NCBI GenBank assembly: GCA_001515265.1
Contig: LNDB01000011.1
Span: 1,848-65,847, forward strand
Origin: Candidatus Dichloromethanomonas elyunquensis
GTDB lineage: Bacteria > Bacillota > Desulfitobacteriia > Desulfitobacteriales > Syntrophobotulaceae
DNA: 64,000 bases
Direction of reading: 5' to 3'
The notes under the pieces are model-generated. The model made no database searches. It was not told where the DNA came from and worked only from the letters and a program-made list of their open reading frames with translations. Position numbers and translations under genes: made by a program. Positions 38,947-48,418 of the stretch are shown here, one piece after another (the first letter of the stretch is position 1; every line of letters begins with the position of its first letter).

Positions 38947-39625
38947 ACAGCAGTATTTTGAATATGGAGAGAAAGAAATTGCCTACCTGAAATCCCGCGA
39001 CCCTTTACTTGGCGCTGTGATCGATGAAATTGGACACATAAACCGCGCCGTTATCCCTGATATGTTTATGGCTTTAGTCAATGTCATTGTCGGCCAGCAA
39101 ATATCCGCTAAGGCTCAAGCCACAGTCTGGGCGAGGATGCGGGAACAATTCGTTCCTATGACGCCCGAAACTATAGGGGCAATAACGGCGGAAGAATTGC
39201 AGACTTGCGGAATATCCCTGCGCAAGGCGTTTTATATCAAAGAAATTGCCGATTCAGTCTTAAACGGCAGTTTAGTTTTGGCGTACTTATCAACACTTTC
39301 GGACGAGGAAGTTTGTAATCGCCTCAGTCAAATTAAAGGAATCGGCGTTTGGACAGCCGAAATGCTAATGACCTTTTCCCTGCAGCGCCCGAATGTGATG
39401 AGTTTCGATGATCTGGCAATTCTCCGTGGCTTGCGGATGCTGTATCATCATCGAAAAATTACGCCGGTACTGTTTGCCAAGTACAAACGCCGCTATTCGC
39501 CGTATGCCACGGTAGCAAGTCTCTACCTTTGGGCAATAGCGGGCGGCTCTTGCCCCGGACTTGCAGACTATGCGCCTAAGTCGGAGGCGCAGAAAAAGGC
39601 GGATACCAAAAAGCGGCGAAAATAA
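38939..39625 (+). CDS. alkA: DNA-3-methyladenine glycosylase II (HhH-GPD family)
   Basis: HhH motif IKGIGVWTAEMLMTF followed by the catalytic Asp region SFDDLAILRG. Overlaps ogt by 8 nt. Confidence 0.85.
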   Translation: MPEQQYFEYGEKEIAYLKSRDPLLGAVIDEIGHINRAVIPDMFMALVNVIVGQQISAKAQATVWARMREQFVPMTPETIGAITAEELQTCGISLRKAFYIKEIADSVLNGSLVLAYLSTLSDEEVCNRLSQIKGIGVWTAEMLMTFSLQRPNVMSFDDLAILRGLRMLYHHRKITPVLFAKYKRRYSPYATVASLYLWAIAGGSCPGLADYAPKSEAQKKADTKKRRK

Positions 39626-39761
39626 GCAAACATGAAGAGGTTAGCGTTCTAGTTACTCTCAGATACAAGACGGTTGTATTTCATAACTTAGTTTGTCCGT
39701 TTGGCGTTCTGCAAAGGTTATTCGGTCGATACACGAGACTGTATATTGGGGAGGGAAAAAT

Positions 39762-39950
39762 ATGAAAGCCACAATAAATAAAGATTGCTGTATTGGCTGC
39801 GGAGTTTGTGAAGCTGCATGTCCGGAAGTATTTAAACCTGGTGAAGATGGCACTTATGAGGCGGTCGACCAGCAGATCCCGGAGAGTCTTATGGAATCAG
39901 CCCAGGAGGCCAAGTCTTCTTGCCCGAATGAATGCATTACGATTGAATAA
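39762..39950 (+). CDS. Small single-cluster ferredoxin
   Basis: 62 aa with CIGCGVCEAACP...CP. GGGGAGGG RBS upstream of ATG 39762. Confidence 0.85.
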   Translation: MKATINKDCCIGCGVCEAACPEVFKPGEDGTYEAVDQQIPESLMESAQEAKSSCPNECITIE

Positions 39951-40390
39951 ATAAAAAATCCTAAATCAAAATTTGATGGGCATAAACAGTCTTCTTTACT
40001 CTTAATAGTTTTGGAAGGCTGTTTTCCATTAAGAATGTATTTGTAACATTAGATACCGAAAAATAATGAGTATCTAACTTAACTATAATTCTATGGTGCT
40101 TATCAACTTGTTTAAATTACTTAAATTAATACCTGATCTTCTGATGTAAGGTGGGTTTTAACGACAATTTCATCTACAAAAACCATGTCATATTCTTTTT
40201 TAGCAAAAAGAATTAAAGCATATCCAAAATGGATCGACCTAGTAAAACGGAGTGGTACAAAAATTTATCAATTATTGAAGGAATATTAAAGGTCATTACG
40301 AAATTGAATATATAGGGTCCCTTAATTCCCTGGGTTCCCCTAGCAGACGATAAAGAAGGAAGAACGCAAAAAAAGATCGGAGGGATAATC

Positions 40391-41293
40391 GTGAATTTAG
40401 TAAGCTTAAAATATTTTATCGCGATAACCGAGTACTCAAGTTTTTCTAAGGCAGCAGAACACCTGTACGTTACACAGCCAACCCTTAGTCGCCAAATAGC
40501 TGACCTTGAGAAAGAGTTTGGGGTACAGCTGTTTGAACGTACCAAGCGTTCCATCAGTTTGACCGATGCTGGGCGTATCTTGCTTGACGAGGCTAAGGAA
40601 ATTGTACACCGTTGTGACTGTTTAGCTAAAAAAATAAAAAATACCCAGGAAAACATGATAGGTTCGTTAAATATAGGGTATCAAGGCTTTCTCGATAACC
40701 GATTACTTAGTGACTCGCTCAAGTCACTATCGAAAAAATACCCCCAGCTCAGTATCTCACTTTTTCACTGCAACTTCGCTGAGCTAAACCATTTTCTAAT
40801 GAATGGCAAGTTTGATGTCATATTCACTATAGTAGCAGGTTTGCATACACTGCCTAGAGTAAAGCGGATAAAGGTTGAGAAAAACACGCTACAAATAGTT
40901 GTACCTTCTAATCATCCCTTCGCAATTCAAACCTCCGTTAAGGTAAGTGATCTTGCAGATGAGAATTTTATCATGCTAGAACGGAGTACTTGTCCATTTC
41001 CGACAGACTACGTAGTAGAATTATGTTTGAAAAATGGTTTTTCCCCCAATGTCTCGTGTTACGTACATGATGCGCAGACCTCGTTTTTAATGGTGGGTTC
41101 TGGAAAAGGCATTGCCTTTATGTCCTCACGGGTTTTAGTGCATAACATGGAGGATGTAAAGTTTTTAAGCTTAAAGGATTGTGACCTTGATTTTGACATT
41201 GTAATGGCATTTAAGGAAGAAAACCGAAACCCAGCCATTCCTCTATTCATATCTGAAGTAAAGAATAAAAGTATAGTTGCCATGTACGAATAG
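40391..41293 (+). CDS. LysR-family transcriptional regulator
   Basis: N-terminal HTH LKYFIAITEYSSFSKAAEHLYVTQPTLSRQIADLEKEFGVQLFER; 300 aa. Confidence 0.9.
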   Translation: MNLVSLKYFIAITEYSSFSKAAEHLYVTQPTLSRQIADLEKEFGVQLFERTKRSISLTDAGRILLDEAKEIVHRCDCLAKKIKNTQENMIGSLNIGYQGFLDNRLLSDSLKSLSKKYPQLSISLFHCNFAELNHFLMNGKFDVIFTIVAGLHTLPRVKRIKVEKNTLQIVVPSNHPFAIQTSVKVSDLADENFIMLERSTCPFPTDYVVELCLKNGFSPNVSCYVHDAQTSFLMVGSGKGIAFMSSRVLVHNMEDVKFLSLKDCDLDFDIVMAFKEENRNPAIPLFISEVKNKSIVAMYE

Positions 41294-41299
41294 TAAAAA

Positions 41300-41604
41300 A
41301 GGAAATCCATAAATCGGGTAAGAGGCTGACCGTTATTTGGTTAGCGGACCTCCCACACCACCGTATGTACCGATCGTTAGATAGTGCTTTTGTCAAGATA
41401 GGGCTTTAGGCTGTTCGCCAATAGCCTTTTTCTTGTGTTATCCCACATCCATACTTGTTGTTCCTTAATCCCAAGCTTCTTTAGATTCGTAAAACGCGTG
41501 TGGATTCCATTCCATCGCAGACTGAAGGTATTCACCATCGAGCAAATTGCCATGTGTGGCGAACAACACATAAGCCGAAACAGAAGCTCTGAGTTTATTG
41601 ACAT
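41300..41604 (-). mobile_element. Probable remnant of a group II intron 3' region (C-terminal fragment of the intron-encoded protein)
   Basis: The minus-strand translation LRWNGIHTRFTNLKKLGIKEQQVWMWDNTRKRLLANSLKPYLDKS resembles the conserved C-terminus of bacterial group II intron maturases (..TR..L..LG...Q...W.N.RKG.WR.ANS..L). It is only about 55-75 aa with no intact RT domain. The match is recalled, not searched. Confidence 0.35.
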
Positions 41605-41771
41605 ATAAATTTTCCGAATATCAAATCAGATTCTTATACAATTTAAGCATTTCACAACTCAAAGAAAGGCTGTTACATTCTAAACAGAGGAGCTTAATAA
41701 AAAGTGGTTTGCAGAGCATTTAATGATGAATTTATTGCCTTTACTGACCGCTGGTTATCCTCTAAGAATGA
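41534..41771 (+). repeat. Copy A of a roughly 240-290-bp dispersed direct repeat (promoter/leader-like) upstream of the alpha/beta-fold gene
   Basis: Near-identical to 42825-43117 apart from a roughly 46-bp indel and scattered substitutions. Contains TTGACA (41598-41603). Confidence 0.85.
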
Positions 41772-41906
41772 TTATAGTTGATAAGAATGACGTTGCGAAG
41801 GTTAAATATGTTATAATCGCTGACCGAGTAGTGGCTGAAAACTGGCAAATTGTATGCTGAATAAAACCAAATCTCGTAAAAGATTTAGGAGAGGGAGGAA
41901 TAAAGA

Positions 41907-42704
41907 ATGGATTTGATTGCGAGAAGGACAAGGTTTTGGTTTACAGAATCTGGGGAGGGAGAGCCGGTAATATGTATTCACGGTAATGGCGCTAGCCGTG
42001 TTTCATGGCGTCATTTTGTTCCTGAGGCAAGTAAGAATTTTAGAGTTATTGTATATGAATTAAGGGGAACGGGTGAATCCGAAACAATCGGGAATCCAAG
42101 GCAGACATTTACAATAAAGGATCATGCTGAGGATTTGGCAGCAATAATGGATGTATTGGGTCTTAAAAAAGCTGCAATTGTTGCTCAGGCATTTGGGGCT
42201 TTTATATCTATGCAGTTTGCAGCCTTATATCCTGAAAGAGTTAGTGCTATGGTCGTACATTGTACTTCGGCACGAGTCGAGGGAAAAACTAGGCAAGGAC
42301 TTCCTAAATGGGCAGAAATCGTAGAAAAGGAAGGCAACTTTGATTCATTACTCGATGAAGCGATGGTGCGCTGGTTTACAGATTCATTTAAAAATGCTCA
42401 CCCTGAAGTAGTAGATCTTTATCGAAAAATGTATGCAGCAAATCCGGCGATGGGATATGCTGCGAACTGCCGCGGTATCGTAGAGTATGACATTGTTGAC
42501 CAGTTGCATAAAATTAAATGCCCAACCTTGGTAATTGCCGGAGAATCGGATGCTTCCACACCAGTTAAGGATAGTGAATTGGTAGTCAGCAAAATTCCCA
42601 ACTCAGAATTGGTGCTAGTAAAGGATGCATCACATGCGGTTTCAGAAGAACAACCTGAAGAATTTAATCAATTAACTATTAACTATTTAAAGAAAAATTT
42701 ATAG
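41907..42704 (+). CDS. Alpha/beta-hydrolase-fold protein lacking the nucleophile serine
   Basis: HGNGAS oxyanion region, GESDAST acid region and SHAVSEEQPEEF His region are present. The nucleophile elbow reads AQAFGA instead of GxSxG. Confidence 0.8.
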   Translation: MDLIARRTRFWFTESGEGEPVICIHGNGASRVSWRHFVPEASKNFRVIVYELRGTGESETIGNPRQTFTIKDHAEDLAAIMDVLGLKKAAIVAQAFGAFISMQFAALYPERVSAMVVHCTSARVEGKTRQGLPKWAEIVEKEGNFDSLLDEAMVRWFTDSFKNAHPEVVDLYRKMYAANPAMGYAANCRGIVEYDIVDQLHKIKCPTLVIAGESDASTPVKDSELVVSKIPNSELVLVKDASHAVSEEQPEEFNQLTINYLKKNL

Positions 42705-42824
42705 GTTTTCCGTCAATGGTTGGGGACCCAAAACTATTGTTCCTTAAGTAAGCTAACCGGGGGAATCCGGAGTAAAATTCCCAAATTATGCATCGTATCC
42801 TGAATGGTGGTGATAACGGACTTC

Positions 42825-43117
42825 CACCGTCGAGTAAATTGCTATGTGTGTCGAACAACTCATAAGCCGAAACAGAGGCTCTGTTTTCGGTCTTTTTTAT
42901 ATCTTTTGCTTTGCATTCGACTAATGTGAGTTTATTGACATATAAATTTTCCGAATATTAAATCAGATTCTTATACAATTTAAGCATTTCACAACCTAAA
43001 GAAAGGCTGTTACATTCTAAACAGATGAGCATAAATAAAAAGTGGTTTGCGGAGCATTTAATGAGATGAATTTATGTAAATTGCTTTCACTGACCGCTGG
43101 TTATCCTTTAAGAATGA
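42825..43117 (+). repeat. Copy B of the dispersed direct repeat, upstream of the MFS transporter gene
   Basis: Aligns with 41534-41771. Contains TTGACA (42935-42940) and an extra segment carrying a terminator hairpin. Confidence 0.85.
42867..42898 (+). terminator. Rho-independent terminator after the alpha/beta-fold gene
   Basis: CCGAAACAG-aggct-CTGTTTTCGG followed by TCTTTTTT. Confidence 0.75.
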
Positions 43118-43314
43118 AACGATGACTTAAAAAGCTAACAGTATAGATATACTAGATTTCAAAATTTATTAAAGGGGGGAGGGAGCGGCATATGAAGTTT
43201 ACAGGTGTTGAAGTTATTGAATTTAAAGCAAAGGGAAAGACCTAGATGAAGGCAATCACAGGGAATTTCGGACAAATTATATTAATAGATTAAACTAACA
43301 AGGAGGGTACAAGT

Positions 43315-44676
43315 ATGAGTATTCCTTTAGAACCGGGCAGAGTAAAGACTCCCTGGCGGTTAGAACGGCTACCATCATCGAATTACCTAAAGCTTATTGC
43401 CGCAATTCTGGGATTAGCTTTTTTTCTCGAGGCTATTGATGCTGGCACTATTAGCTATTTTCTCCCGGTGTTTTCAAAAGAGTTTCATCTTATAGGCAAA
43501 GATTTAGGGTGGTTAGGTACTGTCAGTAATGTAGGTGTTGCCATTGGGACTCTGACCTGCGGATTATTCAGTGATATGTTTGGCCGAAAGAAAACTATTA
43601 TTATTTCGATGATTATCTGGGGCGTGGCTGGTTTCTTTCAAGCTTATATAACAACATTAGAACAATTGATTGTGGCTCGTATAATTTTAGGAATTGGCAT
43701 TGGAGCCCAACTTCCTTCGACAGTGACCTTATTATCCGAATTATTGCCATCTAAAATACGCGCCAGGTACCTTGTTACAGTAGTGGCTCTGTATCCATTA
43801 GGTATGGCCGCTGCAGGGATATTGTGTTACTTTTTAATTCCAACCATCGGCTGGCGCGGAGTGGCGATTGTAGAGGCCATTCCGGCTCTGGTCGCCATTC
43901 TCGTTTGGAAACTTACGCCGGAATCTGCGGTTTGGCTGGAAACCAAAGGTAGGTACGCTGAAGCCGATGCCATAATGACGAAAATGGAACAAAGAGTGGA
44001 GAAATACATTAACGCTCCCTTGCCGCAAGTTGTGGTGCCGGCTGAAGCTGAAAGCATCAATAAGGCAGTTACTAAGCTGCCCTTGGGTAAGATGGTCAGT
44101 AAAAAATATATTAAGGCAACTATAATGGTCTTCTTTCTGTGGTCAGCGCCGTTGCTGGCTACAACCGGTTTACAAACCTGGTTTAGTATGATTTTTGTTG
44201 AAAAGGGAATTTCAATAACAAAATCCATCGGTTATGTTTCAATTATGACCTCGGGCGGGGCCTTAGGCGCTTTAGTTGTACCTTTTCTGCTTGGGCGCTA
44301 TGGGCGTAAACTGACAGTTGTTATTTTATCAATTTTCACTTTTATTATTGCTATTCTTTATGGCAGTATAGACATAATATCTTTAATGGTGATCTTAGGT
44401 ATGGCTTATTATCTTGGGACATATGGTATGGGTCAGACAGCTAACACCTATACTACCGAACTATATCCCACCAGCTTGCGTAATACAGCACTAGGCTATG
44501 CCGGCTTTGTCGGCCGCATCGGAGCTATTATTGGTCCTGTAATTCTGGGTTATCTAATTCAAGGATCCGGAGTCCGAGCAGCAGTATATTTTGCCGGAAG
44601 TATGTATATCATATCTGCACTTGCTGCAGTCTTACTTGGGACTGAAACAAAAGGAAAAGTTTTTACAACTGAATAA
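43315..44676 (+). CDS. MFS transporter
   Basis: 453 aa with about 12 TM helices and the motif-A-like sequence SDMFGRKKTIIIS. AAGGAGGG RBS. Confidence 0.88.
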   Translation: MSIPLEPGRVKTPWRLERLPSSNYLKLIAAILGLAFFLEAIDAGTISYFLPVFSKEFHLIGKDLGWLGTVSNVGVAIGTLTCGLFSDMFGRKKTIIISMIIWGVAGFFQAYITTLEQLIVARIILGIGIGAQLPSTVTLLSELLPSKIRARYLVTVVALYPLGMAAAGILCYFLIPTIGWRGVAIVEAIPALVAILVWKLTPESAVWLETKGRYAEADAIMTKMEQRVEKYINAPLPQVVVPAEAESINKAVTKLPLGKMVSKKYIKATIMVFFLWSAPLLATTGLQTWFSMIFVEKGISITKSIGYVSIMTSGGALGALVVPFLLGRYGRKLTVVILSIFTFIIAILYGSIDIISLMVILGMAYYLGTYGMGQTANTYTTELYPTSLRNTALGYAGFVGRIGAIIGPVILGYLIQGSGVRAAVYFAGSMYIISALAAVLLGTETKGKVFTTE

Positions 44677-44901
44677 AGGTTCTGTTATTAGGACTAATTA
44701 CATTTATTCTAGCGCTATCAACTTGGTTACCTAATATCTTGTTTGGTACTTAGCCTGGTTATTACCTAGATTATGTTTCAAGGGAATAAATAAAAAGGGG
44801 GTAATACTTATAACTTCGAAAATCTGTATACTAACCAAAACAATACGAATGAATGGTATTACCCTTAATTAAAAATAAGGATGATATAGGAGTATAAAAT
44901 A

Positions 44902-46233
44902 ATGATATTAATACAAAATGGAAATATCATTACCGGTGATGGGAAAACCATTATCAGAAATAGTTCGGTATTTATTGAAAATGGCATAATAGAAGAGATT
45001 CTGAACCAAAGCCATCCCACATACAGCCGAGCTGACGAAGTAATTGATGCAAATAATGGGTATATCATTCCAGGCCTGATAAACCACCATGCTCATGGAA
45101 TTACCACAGGGCCCTTCTGTCCTCTCGGAGCTAAGCCCGTTACATTGAAAAGAGCCCTTGGTAATCTTGATAGGCATTTGGAATATGGAACTACTAGCAT
45201 ATTGAATCTAGATGGGTTAGCCTCGATCAGTGAGGTCAGATATATTAATAAATTGCATCCAATAAAAATTGATACGGCCACCCAGCATACGGAAAAGAAT
45301 TTTATTCATGCGTCTATCGGGGACGGAGAAGGAATAAGGAAGTATCATAAAGATTTACATATCGAGACTATGGTCAAGCTGGGAGTTCCGGCTATCGGAG
45401 AACTTTTTGCCATGGGACCCATTTATAATATCAAGAAAATAGAAAGTGAAATTGGAACCGTAATAGATATAAGTTATATGGCCGCTATAAAGCAAGCTGT
45501 TTTAGGAAATGGAATGGATGTCAATAGTTATGACAGTAATGCTTTAAGGAAGATATTGGAAAAGAGCGGGCTTGATAAATATGTAGAGCCTGACCAAATG
45601 AAGGATCTAATAATAAGGTTTGTATATGATCCATGGAAGGCAGGTTACGATGCGCTTTGTGAGAGTGCCGAATATGCGATCAAATATGATATACCTGTAA
45701 TTGCCCACAATTCAATTGAGACAGGAGAAAAACTCATTGAGGTAAGCGCTAGATTAGGTAATAAATTGGTAGCATCACATTCAAGTGCAGGTTATGATGA
45801 TGATCCTGAAAAGGCAGTTAGTGTAGCAAGAAAGCTTAAAGCAAACGGCGCATTAATTGATATGTATTCGGGAGACTTTCATGGAGTAAATTCATTTAAG
45901 AACAATTTAAATACTTATTTGACTTTGTTTAAGGAAGGATTAGTGGATATGCTTTCCACTGATTATTGTGCAGGACATTGGGATCCGATGCTAAAGATAA
46001 TGGAAATGCTTGTCAGTAAAGGAATATTGAGTATAGAAAAAGCAGTTGCTCTTGCAACTGGAAATGTGGTAAAGGCTATTCCGAAGTTTGCATATAATTC
46101 CGGGTTGATAGAAGTGAACAAAAATGCGGATATTGTCATACTCGATAAGGATTCGATGTCTAAGGTGGAATATGTATTGATTGACGGAGTAACATGCATT
46201 GAAAAGGGCAAAAGGATATATCGGAAAATATGA
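44902..46233 (+). CDS. Amidohydrolase-superfamily metal-dependent hydrolase
   Basis: PGLINHHAHG metal-binding HxH region near the N-terminus and a C-terminal ADIVILD motif typical of the family. Confidence 0.75.
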   Translation: MILIQNGNIITGDGKTIIRNSSVFIENGIIEEILNQSHPTYSRADEVIDANNGYIIPGLINHHAHGITTGPFCPLGAKPVTLKRALGNLDRHLEYGTTSILNLDGLASISEVRYINKLHPIKIDTATQHTEKNFIHASIGDGEGIRKYHKDLHIETMVKLGVPAIGELFAMGPIYNIKKIESEIGTVIDISYMAAIKQAVLGNGMDVNSYDSNALRKILEKSGLDKYVEPDQMKDLIIRFVYDPWKAGYDALCESAEYAIKYDIPVIAHNSIETGEKLIEVSARLGNKLVASHSSAGYDDDPEKAVSVARKLKANGALIDMYSGDFHGVNSFKNNLNTYLTLFKEGLVDMLSTDYCAGHWDPMLKIMEMLVSKGILSIEKAVALATGNVVKAIPKFAYNSGLIEVNKNADIVILDKDSMSKVEYVLIDGVTCIEKGKRIYRKI

Positions 46234-46356
46234 TAGATACAGATCCTTGTTATGCAATGTTAAGCAGGAAATGCAGAAATAATAAAAAGAGGGATGTGAG
46301 AAAAATGCAACAAATTTAAGATCACATGCTATCATGGATGTTTTGCATAGTCTGTA

Positions 46357-46497
46357 AAAGGCGTAAAGGCAAAAGTAGCGGCTGAATTTGGAGCCAAGCT
46401 GTCGGTCAATGTTATCAATGGATTTGTGCTTACAGAAAAGCTTCAGTGGGATGCCTATAATGAAAACAGGACATTGATTGGCTCACTGAAGGGCTAA
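46357..46497 (+). pseudogene. Internal fragment of a DDE (IS5/IS1182-like) transposase
   Basis: Translation KGVKAKVAAEFGAKLSVNVINGFVLTEKLQWDAYNENRTLIGSLKG* resembles a conserved internal block of IS5-group transposases. It has no start codon and is about 47 aa only. Confidence 0.45.
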
Positions 46498-46589
46498 AAA
46501 GCAAAACACGGATTTTATCCTGAAACATAACTATTCGTTAAGCAAGTCCTGCTTAAATATGAAGCACAAAAAGGAGGCATTATCTTTAT

Positions 46590-46895
46590 ATGGATTTTAT
46601 TGAAATTGATAGCAAAAAAATTGAATTGAATGAGGATGGATTTCTAAAGGAACTGGGTGAATGGAACACTGGAGTTGCAGAGGCAATAAGCCTTCAAGAG
46701 GGGATAGAACTCAGCGAGAAGCATTGGATAGTAATAACTTTTGTCAGGGAGTACTATACAAAATATAACGTACCTCCTATGATGAAGAAAGTATTAAAAT
46801 CGACAGGTTTAAACTTAAAAGAACTATTTTCCAACAACCCTGTCGAGAGTGTAATGAAGATAGCTGGCTTACCAAAACCTACGGGATGTGTTTAG
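46590..46895 (+). CDS. TusE/DsrC-family protein with only the penultimate (CysA) cysteine
   Basis: 101 aa. The C-terminal arm is VMKIAGLPKPTGCV; DsrC has C-KLAGLPKPTGCV, and the CysB position is Met here. Confidence 0.85.
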   Translation: MDFIEIDSKKIELNEDGFLKELGEWNTGVAEAISLQEGIELSEKHWIVITFVREYYTKYNVPPMMKKVLKSTGLNLKELFSNNPVESVMKIAGLPKPTGCV

Positions 46896-46960
46896 AAAAT
46901 GTAAAATTTGTTCATATTCAAATTAATAAATATTTATATAAAAAACAAGGAGGTATAATT

Positions 46961-47362
46961 ATGATTTACGGTAATACAAAAGATGTGCAATCAAGGGAAA
47001 TAAAGTCCTATCCATACAAAGGTAAGAGTATGCCAGTAGGGGGAACGTCTATTCAATGGCTTTCTCAGGTTGGAGACGCCGCTTTGCCGGAGTACGGACT
47101 GAGACTTTTCACTGTAAAACCCGGGGGATTTATCCCCATGCACCAGCATGAATACGCTCAGACTCAAGTCATAATATCGGGCAAAATTCTTACTACTGCT
47201 TATGATAGTAATGGAGGGGTAGTTGAGGAAAAAGAATTCGGCCCAGGAGACTTCTTCTATGTGGAACCAATGGAAATTCATGGTATGAAAAATAATACCA
47301 ATGAAACTGCTACTTTTTTCTGCTGCATTTGCGTTTTGGAAGGCGAATGCGAGGTTTTGTAA
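46961..47362 (+). CDS. Cupin-domain protein (metal-binding motifs intact)
   Basis: AAGGAGG RBS before ATG 46961. GGFIPMHQHEYAQ (G-x5-HxH-x-E) and GDFFYVEPMEIHGMKN cupin motifs. Confidence 0.8.
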   Translation: MIYGNTKDVQSREIKSYPYKGKSMPVGGTSIQWLSQVGDAALPEYGLRLFTVKPGGFIPMHQHEYAQTQVIISGKILTTAYDSNGGVVEEKEFGPGDFFYVEPMEIHGMKNNTNETATFFCCICVLEGECEVL

Positions 47363-47390
47363 ATATTTTAGAAATTTATATTAAGGTATG

Positions 47391-47421
47391 AAGTTAGCTT
47401 CCCTAAAAAAGGAAGCTACTT
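47391..47421 (+). terminator. Stem-loop terminator candidate after the cupin gene
   Basis: AAGTTAGCTTCC-ctaaaaaa-GGAAGCTACTT followed by a short T-rich stretch. Confidence 0.5.
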
Positions 47422-47576
47422 TCATCTCCAAAAAGTCAACAAATTGAACCGAATTCTCGTCTGCATAATATTCGATTAAACTCTGAATCCAAGAGCCTAA
47501 ATTTCATTACTAAGACATCATAAGCCAAAATCGAAAAAGGCCGAGAGACTATATTTTACAAAGGAGGAAATGAATT

Positions 47577-48401
47577 GTGTTTTTTAATATCTACATGATC
47601 TTAGCAGTCTCTTGTTTTATTATTTTTTCAGCATATAAAGCATGGAAATTCGCAAAGATGCCGATTCACAGCCGTCTTGACCTGTACCCTATTCCTAAAG
47701 AGGCCGGAAGGGCTGAATACGGCGGTTCATATTACGAAGAAATTGAATGGTGGAATAAACCCAGAGCCATATCCCACATAGGTGAAATTAAGGATATGCT
47801 GCTGGAAATGCTTTTTATAAAAAAATTATTTGTTAAACAAAAAAGACTATGGTGGGCTTCCTATTCTTTTCACTTGGGGATTTATTTTCTCTTTGGTTGG
47901 ACTCTTTTACTGCTCATTAATTTTGCCTTGCCCTTAGAGTTTATTTCATATATTACTTCTACTGTTGGCATTATGGGCTTTACTTTAGCGTTCATAGGAA
48001 ATTTTCTTTTGTTAATGCGCAGGATTTTTGATTCAACACTTAAGAAATACACAACTCCTCAGGAATTTTTTAATTTAATACTCATTTTATCTGTACTTAT
48101 TACCGGTATTTACGCCTGGACCACCTGTATTTCTCCCCAGCAATTTATAGGACAGCTGCTTTCCTTCAGCACCCTTCAACCAGGAGGTGCTGTAACAGTT
48201 CATTTAATTTTACTTGGTGTCATGTTCATTTATATTCCCTTATGCAAAATGAATCATTACGTTGGAAAATACTTTGCTTTTCATAAAGTCCTTTGGGAAA
48301 ATGAGCCCAATTTACCTGGCAGCAATGTAGAAACAAAACTTATTGAAGCTGCAGTCCATCCTCCCCAGACAAAATGGTCTGCACCTCACATAAGCCAATA
48401 G
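47577..48401 (+). CDS. Polytopic membrane protein, DsrM/HdrE/NarI-like (putative quinol-interacting subunit)
   Basis: 274 aa with about 5-6 TM helices and conserved His in helices (SFHLGIYF, VTVHLILLG, NHYVGKYFAFHK). Sits immediately upstream of a DsrK/HdrD-like gene. The assignment rests on context and topology. Confidence 0.5.
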   Translation: MFFNIYMILAVSCFIIFSAYKAWKFAKMPIHSRLDLYPIPKEAGRAEYGGSYYEEIEWWNKPRAISHIGEIKDMLLEMLFIKKLFVKQKRLWWASYSFHLGIYFLFGWTLLLLINFALPLEFISYITSTVGIMGFTLAFIGNFLLLMRRIFDSTLKKYTTPQEFFNLILILSVLITGIYAWTTCISPQQFIGQLLSFSTLQPGGAVTVHLILLGVMFIYIPLCKMNHYVGKYFAFHKVLWENEPNLPGSNVETKLIEAAVHPPQTKWSAPHISQ

Positions 48402-48418
48402 TACGAGGAGTGATTAAG

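Noticed and set aside
41300-41376. Group II intron domain V/VI downstream (on the minus strand) of the maturase-like remnant.
   Set aside because: GGTACATACGGT resembles the 3' half of a domain V stem, but I could not find the complementary 5' half. An intact ribozyme core is therefore not supported, and only the protein-level remnant is reported, at low confidence.
44797-44863. 9-bp inverted repeat GGGTAATAC..GTATTACCC upstream of the amidohydrolase gene, as a possible riboswitch stem.
   Set aside because: It is a single long-range stem with an AT-rich ~50-nt loop and matches no known aptamer consensus. The evidence is insufficient to call a feature.
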